A DNA stretch of 64,000 nt from Eukaryota sp. GEM-RC1 (Eukaryota), in assembly GCA_040285855.1 (NCBI GenBank), contig JAUFOQ010000017.1, positions 434,001 to 498,000 on the forward strand, given 5' to 3'. Of this stretch, positions 1-12,093 are shown piece by piece. Position numbers and translations under genes: made by a program. The notes under the pieces are model-generated. The model worked only from the letters and a program-made list of their open reading frames with translations, ran no database searches and was not told the DNA's origin. Each line of letters starts with the position of its first letter. Within the stretch, counting starts at the first letter, position 1.

Positions 1-294
1 TTTGAAAGGATCTTCAGATAGCGTGGAGTAGAGTCTGGCTTCTGGAAAAGACATGAAAGTGGGAAAAGGTCGTACTCAACTACTGTTGAATTCATTTGGG
101 GTGCATACTCCCCAAAATCATTTTACCCCAAAAACTCTTCACCCCATAACCACATATCCCCAAACTGATTCACTTATACCTTCTTTGATGGATTCCATAC
201 ATCGTTTGATATCCAGTGTTGAGCTTCTTTCAAGATAGAGACGTGTTTGCAGGTGTTCGTTCTTAGACTTGTGAACTGTGTTCAACCATGTCAT
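1..294 (-). CDS. 5' part of a hypothetical protein running off the left edge (frameshifted)
   Basis: ATG at 294 gives MTWLNTVHKSKNEHLQTRLYLERSS...; after G/T-run shifts a frame (DFGEYAPQMNSTVVEYDLFPLSCLFQKPDSTPRYLKILS) stays open to base 1. No family recognised. Confidence 0.3.
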
Positions 295-566
295 GAATAA
301 ACTCAACGTTGTGCAACTAGAACCATCCTACTACACATACATCACATTGACATCTTATCCTCCAAAGGAAAACACTAAGGTTTGCTACAACTCTGCTGGT
401 TTGCTACAACTCTGATCGTGTAATACACTGCTGTGTCTTCAGTCATTTTTGACTGCATTTTTCAATTCTATCAGATGCTATCTGGAATGAGACTAAGGTC
501 AACGACATCAAGTCCATGAAGCTTCATTCATCAGAAGACACAAAGACACCAAGTTATAACTACATG

Positions 567-656
567 TACAACATTTGGTGATACAACATTTGGTGATACA
601 ACATTTGTAACTACAACATTTGGTGATACAACATTTGTAACTACAACATTTGTAAT
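567..656. repeat. Tandem array, 6 x 15 bp TACAACATTTG(GTGA/TAAC)
   Basis: Units read directly at 567, 582, 597, 612, 627 and 642. Confidence 0.9.
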
Positions 657-844
657 GAAAGTGTCGTATGTGTAATGAATTGTTGACCTAGACATGACTC
701 TTATCTGTCTTCACTAATCAATGTGTTAACCCAGCCAAGAAAGATATTCACTATTAATGTCTAGAGTTGACTGAAAAGAACACCTTCGATCTTTTGAATT
801 GTTGACTATTTTATATTAGAATTTACAAAACTACAAGTGCTTTC

Positions 845-1248
845 TGTAACACAAAATGTGTTTTACAAGATCTGTAATACAACATTTGAAACACAAGATC
901 TGTAACACAAGATGTGTTTTACAAGATGTGTAACACAAGATCTGTAATACAACATTTGTAACACAAGATCTGTAACACAAGATCTGTAACACAAGATGTG
1001 TTTTACAAGATGTGTAACACAAGATGTGTAACACAAGATCTGTAATACAACATTTGTAACACAAGATCTGTAACACAAGATGTGTAATACAAGATGTGTT
1101 TTACAAGATGTGTAACACAAGATCTGTAATACAAGATTTGTAATACAAGATGTGTTTTACAAGATGTGTAACACAAGATTTGTAATACAAGATTTGTAAT
1201 ACAAGATGTGTTTTACAAGATGTGTTTTACAAGATGTGTAACACAAAA
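845..1248. repeat. Tandem array of 14-bp variant units, consensus ACAAGAT(G/C/T)TGT(AAC/AAT/TTT), roughly 29 copies
   Basis: Direct reading; the array also produces the spurious repetitive ORFs at 831-1120. Confidence 0.95.
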
Positions 1249-1262
1249 TGAAACTATCAAAA

Positions 1263-1799
1263 TTACCTATATTTTCCAATCTTTTTCAAAATTAAATATA
1301 ATTCAAATAAAACACACATCCCAATCTTTTCATCATTTTTCAAATACTCTTTCAAAACATGAAACAATTCCACAAGCACATCACTACAATAACGTTCATC
1401 AACATTATCCCTATTAATCACATCGGTAATGTAACAGTTTCTTATTGTTTTCACTTCCATACTTGATGCATATTCAGATCCAATACAATCTAGTACATTA
1501 TCGACAATTGACTGAATTCCAATAGTTAAGTCCACTCTCAATTGTTTTGAAGTAGCAACACGATTATACTCCAAAATAGGAGACAATGATATTGTTTCAT
1601 AAGTCATATTGTCAGTTTGTTGATATTCACATATGGAATCACATTTTTCATTTTCAAAGCTTTCAGTTTGAACTTCCTTGAGACAAAATCGCTTTTCATC
1701 ATCAATAAGAGGAAATACTTGGGAACTTTTTCTTTCTATACCAGCACTGACATTCTTTTTTAATAATAAATTCTTCGTTGGTAAAGGGGTTTTCTTCAA
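1263..1799 (-). CDS. Hypothetical protein, possibly the frameshifted C-terminal extension of the Pif1 ORF
   Basis: 178-aa ORF without its own ATG, on the same strand as and downstream of the Pif1 C-terminal ORF; the intervening sequence is acidic/low-complexity and looks coding. Confidence 0.4.
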   Translation of the reverse strand: MKKTPLPTKNLLLKKNVSAGIERKSSQVFPLIDDEKRFCLKEVQTESFENEKCDSICEYQQTDNMTYETISLSPILEYNRVATSKQLRVDLTIGIQSIVDNVLDCIGSEYASSMEVKTIRNCYITDVINRDNVDERYCSDVLVELFHVLKEYLKNDEKIGMCVLFELYLILKKIGKYR

Positions 1800-2065
1800 A
1801 CGGGGAAGCGATGGTAGAGTAATGTTGCCTCGTGGTAACTGAGGAAGTTTAGACTTATTGACACCAATCTCTGGGGAATTTTTGTTAAAAATTGAGTCAC
1901 AATTAATAAATTTGGGAGGAATATTAGTTTCATCTTCTTCAAGTTCATCATTTACAACAAAATCATCTAAACTTGTTGAAATTGTATCACTATCAGATTC
2001 ATCACCAGAATCGGATCCTGATAGTACAGCTTCTGTTTCAAATAAATTTGATTTGTCTAAATGAT

Positions 2066-3747
2066 TTAAACGATTTTTTCAAAGTCAATAATTTGATTAT
2101 CATTATTTTCAATAATTTGTTCATCAACATTATCAACAACAACTTCATCAACACAATGAACAATTTCAGGAACAACAACATCATCCATAATTGGTTCACT
2201 CGATTCTGCACAAAAGTTTGCAAACAATGAATTAAAATGATTGAAATCTCGTTGAAGACAATGTTGATTTCCCAAAACATACAAATCAATAGTGGATGGT
2301 TTAACAGGATGAAAAGTTGAATAATACCATTGGTACAATTCCAAATTTGGTACCGGATAACTTCTTCCAATACTTAAAATCTTTAAACTCCTCCAAGACC
2401 TAACCGTACTTAAGGTCACATAAAGTTGGGCATATTCCCAAAACTGGATAGCAACTTCAATCCCGTCAATTGTTAAACCTTGGGATCGATGCACTGTTAT
2501 CGCCCAGCAAGGTCTTAGCGGAAACTGAATTCTTTTCGCCACTTGAACAGGTCTTCCGATTTCGTTCAAGTGTTCGATAGCAAACCTTGACTGACTGATT
2601 CTTTTCGGTTCTGCTTCAGCGTTGAACCGAACATCAATATATGAATCTGAAAAATTAACAATAACTCCTTTTGAACCATTAACTAGTCCAAGTTCAGGCT
2701 TATTTTGAGTGTACATCACTTGTCCACCCACAACGCATTCTAGTTTTTTTTCAGCAAAGTCATCCAAGCGACTTGTCAGCACAGAAGTTTCAATGTCATA
2801 ATATTTTTCCAAATTAGATTCATTGACTGGAAATCTAGAACTTCTTTTTCTGATTTGAGATTTTAATTCAGATTCATTGAATTTGTCAACAGCTACAAAT
2901 TCAATTGAATCTGAATTTTGGCCAGAAGTTTGAATTGTTTAAAATTTTCTCTAGCAACATCAGTATTCTTTCCGTATAAAATTGTTGGGTTTTCAACAGA
3001 TTCTGCTGTTTCGAAATGAGTACGCAGAATTGATTTCATAAAATTATCTAACAGACCCAATCTCAATTGATTTAGAAAATTAAAAAATTTTGAGTCTGAT
3101 TGCTGACGAATACTTCCAGCCAGTTCACAATATTTAAAATTTAAATTGTTCCAAGCTCTTGATGAAAAAGCGAAATCAGAAATTACCACTTTTCGATTTC
3201 CTTTTCCATCAAGACTTTTCACAACAGGGGCTAATTGAAGAAAGTCCCCAAAACAAATTATCTGAATTCCTCCAAATGGTTTCTTCGGAGAGTGACATTT
3301 TTGCGTGTGCATAAGTTCGCCCAAAATGTCACTCGCCCGTTGAAACAAATTGGAGGATAACATTGAAATTTCATCAATGATTAACATTGTATTTTTTGGA
3401 GTAATATTTTTTAACAAAATTTTGACATTTGATGGCATACATTTGATAACATCATGTATGGATTCTTCTTCTTTCATAAACTTATAACCAAACAGTGAGT
3501 GTATGGTCTGTCCACCAAAAACAGTTGAGGCAACCCCAGTTGTTGCAGTGAAGAAGATTTCACCATTAGCACGCATGAGACGAGATCCTGCGTTATTCCA
3601 CCAGTATTTGAGAGCATGTAAAAGATAAGATTTTCCTGATCCTGCACCACCAGTGACAAAGAAGTTGTGTCTGCTGGTAGTGATTGCGTTAAAGATCTCA
3701 CGTTGGTCATCTGTGAGATTGATGTTGTGTAAAGAGGTTGGTGCCAT
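2066..3747 (-). CDS. PIF1: Pif1-family SF1B DNA helicase, split by frameshift(s) near 2812-2893
   Basis: Motifs FVTGGAGSGKS, TATTGVAS, GGQTIHSLFG, LIIDEISM, PFGGIQIICFGDFLQLAPV, RQQSD..F...LNQLRLG, GLVNGSKGVI, QFPLRPCWAITVHRSQGLT, QLYVTLST. Confidence 0.9.
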
Positions 3748-4535
3748 TGAGTTGATGGATTGTTTGAGCGCAGGGAAACTTGGTCTTCATCAAATTTCTC
3801 TTTCACTTCAAACTATGACTTTATCCAGGGACTGTATTTCAGTCGGGGTATTACAATCTCACATTTCCGCAGTTCACGACTTCAAGTCCTTTTATATTGA
3901 TTCTGTGAACATTTGTCCTTCCATACGATTCATATGCAAGAATTTTCTATATCACACCAGTAGTAGTGATGGAGGATGTGTGTTTGTATGTTTATATGTA
4001 TCATCTCTGACTTCTTTTTGTAATAGTAAACTTCGTTTTAACATCTATGTCTTCTTGTTTATAGATCAAATCTTACTTTCCAACTATTATGATATTACTC
4101 AGCGACATTACTCAGCGACTAACTAATACATCTAGCACCGTCTTCCAATAGAATCAACACAAAATGTTAAAAGAGGAAAAGAGTGAATGTGTTTCCGATA
4201 AGTTTGGCGAGAAGTGTAAAGCAGTGGATTGACCAAACAATAAAGAGTACGCGTAAGTCTGTTTGACTGGGATTAGAATTGTCATGTCTTGATGTTGTCA
4301 TATAAAAGATATGCAACGACGATACGCAAACGAGACACTAGCTGTTTATTATACAAGAAGGAGAATCAAAGACCAAGGGGTAACAATATGGCATTTAACA
4401 TGTGTATCGGGTGTATGTCTTCAGCAAATGTCACTAGCCTTCAGTTTGGGGAGTCACATAACTCTTAAAGAACGAGAAGTAACAGAGTGTGGCTTCGTTG
4501 TGGATATGAGTTTGGATGAAGAAAATGTGGATGTA

Positions 4536-4781
4536 GATACAAGACTGGATGTGTTTCACAAGATCTGTAATACAAGATGTGTTTCACAAGATCTGTAATA
4601 CAACATTTGTAACACAAGATGTGTTTTACAAGATGTGTTTTACAAGATGTGTTTCACAAGATCTGTAATACAACATTTGTAACACAAGATGTGTTTTACA
4701 AGATGTGTTTTACAAGATGTGTAATACAAGATGTGTAATACAAGATGTGTAATACAAGATGTGTAATACAAGATGTGTAAC
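4536..4781. repeat. Second array of the same 14-bp ACAAGATGTGTAAT-type units, about 17 copies
   Basis: Same unit variants and same orientation as 845-1248. Confidence 0.95.
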
Positions 4782-4790
4782 AATATGTAT

Positions 4791-5615
4791 CTACTTACAC
4801 AAATACTTACAAACATACTTCACTACACTATCATTAAACTGCAACAACTCATCACATAAATTCTCCACATCAATCTCATCATTTCCTGACATTTTCCAAG
4901 TCAAAACATGTTTCAAGTCAACAAAATCACTTCGTTCTAAAATAAAACTAAACAAATTGACAACTTCAGTATAATCATTACAATTACCTTTTGCTAAAAC
5001 AATGTTAACAAAAATCAAAACAAACTTTGAAACAGATAGATAATAATCATTGTCCTCAAGTAATAGCAACAATTTATCCTCAATCTTTTTAAAATAAACA
5101 AATCTTAAATGACCATCATCATGAAGTGAACTTTGGAGGAGTACAGGAATTAATAAAGTTGTAGAAGATCGAGAACTGTGACAAAATAATATACCAACTA
5201 AACAAGCAAAACTATTGATCAGCAAATGTAAATGTTTCAAAAATAAACAAGTATCATCATTGAGACAACAATGAAGAAGAATATCAATTAAACCTGTCCA
5301 GTTGAGAAAACTGTTGAGTAGAGGCGTGAACTGCCAAAGATGAGATACTCTGATTAAGACTTCCTCAACATTAGAAGTTTCTGATGAAGGGTAGAACAGA
5401 GTTGACACAAGATCTTTTAAGGAAGTTGATATAGATGTGGTCACAGAATCATCTCCTAACGAAGTACAATGACAACAATTGCATAAGGTTATCAAACTTC
5501 TGTTGCAGTGTTCGTGATATTGTACTAACAGACTTGACATCACTTCAAGAGAAGATTCGTTCAAAGACATTGAGATTCCGATGAAGGAGAATTTGTTTCC
5601 CGGCAAAATTTGCAT
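4791..5615 (-). CDS. Hypothetical protein
   Basis: 274-aa ORF with no recognisable motif; its stop abuts the repeat array. Confidence 0.45.
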   Translation of the reverse strand: MQILPGNKFSFIGISMSLNESSLEVMSSLLVQYHEHCNRSLITLCNCCHCTSLGDDSVTTSISTSLKDLVSTLFYPSSETSNVEEVLIRVSHLWQFTPLLNSFLNWTGLIDILLHCCLNDDTCLFLKHLHLLINSFACLVGILFCHSSRSSTTLLIPVLLQSSLHDDGHLRFVYFKKIEDKLLLLLEDNDYYLSVSKFVLIFVNIVLAKGNCNDYTEVVNLFSFILERSDFVDLKHVLTWKMSGNDEIDVENLCDELLQFNDSVVKYVCKYLCK

Positions 5616-6150
5616 GAACTCATCAACAAACGTTCTGTCTCGGAAACGTCGTCTTTCTGCTTATCAGAGGAAGTATGCATCTAAACACCAAGATGTATAC
5701 AATGTCTTTTCTTTTACTGAGACAAAATCAACTCCTTCAACTTCACCTTGCAATCTCGGAATTAATGGAGATTATATCTTAATCACCCGAGCTGCTGATA
5801 GTACTTCTCATATCGCAGTGTCCACCAACAATACAACATGGTTTAAAAATGTTGTTGGTGATAATCTTAAGGAAAACATTGAATTCTTTATTAACAAAGA
5901 AACTCATATTCTTGAAGAAAAGAATGGTACCACTACTTCCTTGTCCTCTCAAAATTTATATAATATTTTGATTCAAGATCAAAGTGACTCAGCAATAGAC
6001 TTGTCTGATCTTGCAGAACATGAACAACATCAAAAAGTTTCATGTTCTGCAAGACTTTCTAAGATGAAAAAGTCTAAATCTCCAAAGGCAGTTAGAGAAG
6101 AAAACTTATTGAATGAAAAGAAGAATCAAGTAACTCAAGCAATGACTTAG
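5581..6150 (+). CDS. Hypothetical protein with basic NLS-like RKRR
   Basis: 189-aa ORF, divergent from and slightly overlapping the previous ORF. Confidence 0.4.
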   Translation: MKENLFPGKICMNSSTNVLSRKRRLSAYQRKYASKHQDVYNVFSFTETKSTPSTSPCNLGINGDYILITRAADSTSHIAVSTNNTTWFKNVVGDNLKENIEFFINKETHILEEKNGTTTSLSSQNLYNILIQDQSDSAIDLSDLAEHEQHQKVSCSARLSKMKKSKSPKAVREENLLNEKKNQVTQAMT

Positions 6151-6838
6151 AATCAGAATCAACTGGAACAACTGAGATTACTTCGACTCCACTCCCTCCT
6201 CTTAAGTCTCTTGTCAAAAAATCCAATTTTACGAAGAATCCTTTTGAACTTTAGATATATCTTCCCTTCATTATGTACATGAAAGAAACCATCATATACA
6301 ATAAAGATTTTTTGACCATATAGTGAAAAAAAGTGAGAAGAGATGTCTGGTGGTTGTTGACAACCTGTTGAAATTCCTGGATTCGTGTGTAATTGGAGAA
6401 AGTTGATTTGCGCATTTGATCTACTACAACATCATCAGATCGTGGTGGGTTTAGGTGCATATCCGTCACGGCAACGGCATCATAACGACTCATAAGCCAT
6501 ATGGTGAATTATATTCTATTTTTATAAATGTATAGGATGTTTTCAACTGTAACTATCTATTTCATATTTTATTGTGAAGCCAACATTACATAAATATCTC
6601 ATCATTAAAAACCGCAAATACGATTCGATTTTGACCAAGAGTACAGTAAATGAAGGTGGAAACTCAAAAAAAAGTCATGGATCTCATCCAGAACAACACA
6701 TGATGAACTCCAAGTAAGCATGAATTACGTTAGACAGACGTAAACATCCATGGGGATAACGTGTTAAAGAAGTGTTTTTAAGGTGATGTAAAATCCAAGG
6801 TGGTGAAGTGAAGTCAGAAGCATCAAGATCAACATCAA

Positions 6839-9800
6839 ATGAAATTGCTCCGGATATATCTTCCCCATCGTTTCAAAATGCCATTCTCTTCCCCCAATAC
6901 AACATATAGGGATAACATGCTCGTAAAGAAGAGTCATGCCTTGAACTATTGTTGTTGTTGTTCTCCTCCCGTTGTTGAAGCGAAGTCCTCTCTTTCTACG
7001 CCCCCTTCCCCCAATACAACATATAGGGATAACATGCTCGTAAAGAAGAGTCATGCCTTGAACTATTGTTGTTGTTGTTCTCCTCCCGTTGTTGAAGCGA
7101 AGTCCTCTCTTTCTACGCCCCCTTCCCCCAATACAACATATAGGGATAACATGCTCGTAAAGAAGAGTCATGCCTTGAACTATTGTTGTTGTTGTTCTCC
7201 TCCCGTTGTTGAAGCGAAGTCCTCTCTTTCTACGCCCCCTTCCCCCAATACAACATATAGGGATAACATGCTCGTAAAGAAGAGTCATGCCTTGAACTAT
7301 TGTTGTTTTGTACGTGTTACTGAATCTAATGCCTCTCCATCCCATAGTTGGTTAAGAAATCTCACAATGGACGGTGATGTAGAGTCAAATCCCGGTCCAT
7401 TTCCACCCTCCGCTCACTCAGGCTGTGCATTTATTTCACATGAGTCTGTAATCCATCCTGTGAAGAACATTACAGGACATCGTATATGTACTTGCTTGGA
7501 ACACTATCACCTGAATGCTTCACAGTCTGTTCCAGAAGCAATGACTGATCGTGATCCCATTTCTTTTACTGAATGTAAGTCTCAACTAGACAATGCTCTT
7601 GCTCATTTTGATCTACCAATGAAAAGACTTTCTGTTAAAAATATTTATGATTACATTACATCCTTCTTTGAATCTCTGATTGCCCCAGAAGTCGATCATG
7701 TTTTTGTTGAGTTTCTAGAATATCATAATGAAGTTTTCACCTCCATTGACTTGCCGTCCCTGAAAGTTTTACCATCGCAACAACTTCTACAATTTTCTGC
7801 ACAAAAACGTTTGACAATTGATAAACAATGTTCAAGTTACGCCATTTGTAATCAATGTATGCTCCCCCGACAGCCTGGTATACTTCCACAACAGCATGAT
7901 TCGACCAGGCCCGTCCAATGCTGTTTAACCGCTCATACTCTTGATTTCTCGAAATTCATTCGCGTTGTAAATCCTGCCTGTTGTCTTTCGTTAACAACAA
8001 TGTTGACGATAGCACTAACACTGTGTCATCAGTATTTGCAAAGATCTAAATTTTTTAAAGATACCTTTCCAACGCCAGATTCTCTTTCCCCATTCACAGT
8101 TGATTCAGCAAGAGAAGTAAAAACTTGGCTGCGAGATCTGACCCCACCAAAACATTTTAACAAAAATTACTTGGAAAAACTACTCAATGAAATTGTAGAA
8201 TATGCTGAAGCTGCCGATGGCCAAGCTGTTCTTTCAGAACAAACAACTGACGAAGCTGATGAATATGAACAAGTACAGGATTTTAATAATACATCTATTG
8301 ATATGTCTGTAAGAATTGAAAACTATGCTTCCCGATTACTCAATGTTGATGCAAAGTTACAAGATACCTGGATTTTTCGATCACTCTATCGCTTTTATGT
8401 CTTTGCCAAGACATATTTATTTTCAAATGAAACTGATCAAGAGAATTACCGAAATCAACAAATTTCTTCAATTTATTTGTTGGTATTTATGCTAGGTTAT
8501 CAAAGTTACATTATTTCCACTTCAGAATTTGAAAATTGTTTTGAACCCTTTGTAAATCTAATGAACTTCCCATTTGTTTTCATTAGCTATATATTCAATG
8601 GAACAACACATGAAGAAGTTGTTGAACAAGCAATTAAAGATGCTTTGAAATATAAGACAGAGAAAGCCAAAGTTATTGATTTATTACAAGATGTTGAAGA
8701 AACACCCGAAGATCTTACCGAAATTCTCCTTGATGTTAATGCTGTTGATGCTATTGAACCAATTGAGGTAAACCGTCATGATACTAATTTCGATGATCTT
8801 ATGACTGAGCTGATGGATTTAAAATGCGACCTTATTACTCAAATTACTCCAATTATCATCACTCACTGGAAACAATATGCTAGTAGACACAATGTAGACC
8901 ATTTCGCATTGTCTAGTTTGATGAATGTTCTATTTCATGCTCAACGAGATCATAAATTGTCCTTTGTCTCGACTTCTACTGGAAAGAATAGTTTTACTGA
9001 ACTATTAAAGCATTTAATCAAGTGTTATTGTAATTCTGATCGGAGTTATGATTTACCCTATATGATCACTGGTTCAACTGGATCAGGAAAATCTACACTG
9101 TCACCTGTTATTTTTGCGCTTACTTTTTTTAGCAAAGTCATTGTTTCCCAACCAACGGTACCTTCGGCAATCTTTTTGTCTGAATTTCTTAACTCCTTAA
9201 CTAGACCTCGACTGGGTAGTAAATTTATTTACGATTACCCCATTGCTGGATATCACTGTGGTGGTGGGGTATACAATTTTTCAGACAATACTTTGGTTCA
9301 TTATCAAACAACTGGTTTAACTCTCATGTTGTTGATGAATCAGCATTCATTTGTTTCTACTTACAAAGTCGTCATTGTGGATGAAGTTCATGACAGAACT
9401 ATAGATGTCGATCTGTTACTCACAGTAATGAAAATTAATTTAAAAAACTCGGGCATTATACGTGGTTTGTCATCCGCAACTATTGGATCAACAACTGCTG
9501 AACTTAACCCAGTTTTTAAACACTTTGCTCCCTGATAATCAATGGACAGAGACTGATTTACTTAAAGAACAACAAAACCTTATGTTTGACACTGGTCAAT
9601 TCTCAAGAGTCCTGAACGTTTTCGACTTTAAGAATTTCGAAACTAATGACTGGTATTCAAAACTTACTGAAGGATTTCCCCCTCGATTTCGAGAAGCTGT
9701 CTGTGATCATCAACATGATTTTCGTGCAGAAGTGGTAAATTATAAAAAACACTTTGAATCTAAAGTAGATCAGAGACTTCACCCGTCGATTATTAACTCA

Positions 9801-9938
9801 GACGCACTCCTGCAATTGATAATTGTTATTTACAAAATTGTTGTCAAATACTTTGTACTAACAAAACTTCATACAAGACAGTCAGATGTTCCAGGTATAA
9901 CATTAATTGTTTTTTTACCTGAAAAATGTTCCTGTTGA
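6839..9938 (+). CDS. Polyprotein: repeat leader - 2A peptide - unknown domain - DEVH/DEAH-RHA-type SF2 helicase; frameshift near 9530, truncated after motif IV
   Basis: WLRNLTMDGDVESNPGP at 7349-7399; helicase motifs ITGSTGSGKST (I), VSQPT (Ia), YQTTG (Ib), VIVDEVHDR (II), SSATI (III), LIVFLP (IV, in ORF 9462-9938). Motifs V/VI are absent because hAT sequence begins there. Confidence 0.8.
6889..7307 (+). repeat. About 3.6 identical tandem copies of a 117-bp (39-aa) unit in the polyprotein leader
   Basis: CCCCCAATAC anchors at 6891, 7008, 7125 and 7242. Confidence 0.95.
7349..7399 (+). other. 2A-like (StopGo) ribosomal skipping peptide WLRNLTMDGDVESNPG|P
   Basis: Exact match to the D(V/I)ExNPGP consensus, with a typical 'LTxxGD' upstream context. 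Confidence 0.85.
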
Positions 9939-12093
9939 TTGCATTTTGCAATTATTGCAATAACACTGTATTGCAGTATTGCAATACAGTATTGCAACTG
10001 GTTCGAATATTGCAGTACGATATTGCATGTTGTTTCGTTATTGCAGTTATTGTAAGCAATACTCAGCCAATTGCCGAAACCGTTTTATTGTCATTTTAGT
10101 AGTGTGGTGTACTTAAAGCATATATTAAAAAATTAGCTGGTGTTGTGAATATCAGTTTATAAAACAACAGTAAGATGATTATCTTGAAGAGACGAATTTT
10201 GTCAGCTAAATTTCTCTTTGTATGACCCTGCGAGTAAAAGAAACAAATTCTGAACCAACTCCGGCACAACGATCGAGGGCATATTTTACCGAACTCGATA
10301 CTGAAACAGCTGAGGTTCAAAACTTTCTCAGCAAATCACCAGTAAGAGATCGAGATGATGTTGAAGTATGGAAATGTAGATGTGGTGTTTTTCGTACTAG
10401 AAAGCCGAACAGTGGCTGGTCGAATCTCTCATCCCATGTTGTATCAGAACATGTTGATTGGAGAACGGAAACATGGCAATTGCTTAGAGAAGCGGACTCA
10501 AATCAAGATATCTCAAGGATCTTTATTCCATGCAAAACGAAGCGTTACTATTCTTGGTTGGACTGGGTTGTTAGTGAAGGCCTACCCTTTTCAGTTGTTG
10601 AATCTGAAGTTACTCGTTGCTACACCAATCTCCAACCTATCTGTTTCAACACGTTTGTCGACCTCTTTGACTGCCTTAAAGAACATATGTATCATCAGTT
10701 GGAATCTCTACTTGGGTCATGCTTTGCGCTCATTATCGATGCTTGGAAAAGTCCGTCCACAAATCTTCATTATCTCGGAATCTTTGCCATGAATCGTTCT
10801 CTCTCATCCCCTGTCTTTCTATCACTGTTGCCCTTTGAGGCTGAAGCTGGCTCCACTGTCTTCGATAGAATGTTTGGCACAGATGCAGTGATAAACTTGA
10901 TTGAACATTCTCTTGTAATGTTCAACAAATCCTGGCAATGGTTGCTTGTATCGTAGCAGACAATTGTCCGACAATGAAAGCCGTAGCCACCAGAATTTCG
11001 TGTGGATTTGTAGGCTGCGCTTCTCATCGGTTTCAGTTAGGAGTACGGCAGTTCACTTCTCATTTAGACACTGTCTTCAGAAAAATCAACACTATTATGA
11101 AACTGCTTTCTGAACCAAAAAGGGCAACTGTTCTGAACGGTTTCACGAAATTAAAGCCCAAAAAGCGGAATGTCACTAGATGGCACTCGACTGAAGCAAT
11201 GGTTAGACGCTATATAGAACTGAAGGATTCCATTGTCAAGATGATTGTTGAAGCTGCAGATCAAGAATTGTTGCAATATTTGCCATCCTCTTCTAACCAG
11301 TTCTTCTACAAGCATTGAATGATCTTGAAAATCTTGCATTTGTGAGTTTACAACTCCAACGAGAGGATATTGATATGCTAAGTGTACAAAGATTGTTTGC
11401 TTCCACTATTGATGTATACTGTCAAGAAAACGAAAATCCAGAGCTCAAGGAACACCTGACATATCCTGCCTCTTTACGTGCCAGATATCCTGAAAACCAG
11501 GTTCACTTTGAAACGGCAGTTCTCAAACTGCTTCGTAGAGGCGAATGTTTAACAGAAGATGAAAAGAAATGGGTCCAGTGTTTCATTGAACACCCAAATG
11601 CTGAGCCAAGAGCAGGCGAGAGACGCCTTGCCTCCATAAAAGACGTTTTCAGTCAGAAAACAATCGAAGAAGGTTCAACTTATCAAGATCTTTCCTGGAT
11701 TCCTCCTACATCTAACGTCGTTGAAAGACTTTTTAGTCGTGTCCGATTTATTCAAGGATTGAATCGTCATTCTTTGAGTCAAGAACGTCTCGAAACTCAA
11801 GTGTTTTTGTCCATCAATAGACATCATTGGGATATGCAATTGGTAGCCAAAATGATTGTTGATCGAAAACTAGATTTGTAATCAATAGATTGATATAATG
11901 GTATGCATGTCGAATTTATTGAAACATAAATGTAGCACTTAAGCAGCAAATTTGTTAAAAAATATTGCAGTACAGTATTGCAAATGTACCAATTATTGCA
12001 ATACAGTATTGCAACTAAACCAGTTATTGCAATACAGTATTGCAGCAACAAAAATTTTCACAATATATTGCAATTATTTATTGAAGAGCCCTG
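9938..12093 (+). mobile_element. hAT DNA transposon; right end ...GAGCCCTG at 12093 (alternative end ...AACATCCCTG at 12297); left end degenerate
   Basis: Transposase ORFs plus subterminal TATTGCA repeats on both sides, including the palindrome TTGCAATAC-A-GTATTGCAA at 9979-9997 and 11996-12014. Confidence 0.8.
10222..11881 (+). CDS. hAT transposase in three ORF pieces (2 frameshifts)
   Basis: BED-like finger WKCRCG..GWSNLSSHVVSEH; LIIDAW (D), IVADNC (D), GCASH (CxxH), VTRWHS, PPTSNVVERLFS (E) and dimerisation domain. Confidence 0.9.

Noticed and set aside
831..1417. Short ORFs across the 14-bp array
   Set aside because: Translations simply mirror the repeat and are not credible proteins.
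2066..3747. Helitron assignment for the Pif1 helicase
   Set aside because: No HUH Rep motifs upstream and no clear Helitron termini; motifs look like stand-alone Pif1.
567..4781. 14/15-bp arrays as CRISPR arrays or telomeric repeats
   Set aside because: No unique spacers or cas genes; units are contiguous variants, lack G-rich telomere character and lie internally between ORFs.
6764..7345. Antisense 193-aa ORF with GGRGRRKRG repeats
   Set aside because: Open only because the 117-bp unit has no stop in that frame; no independent support.
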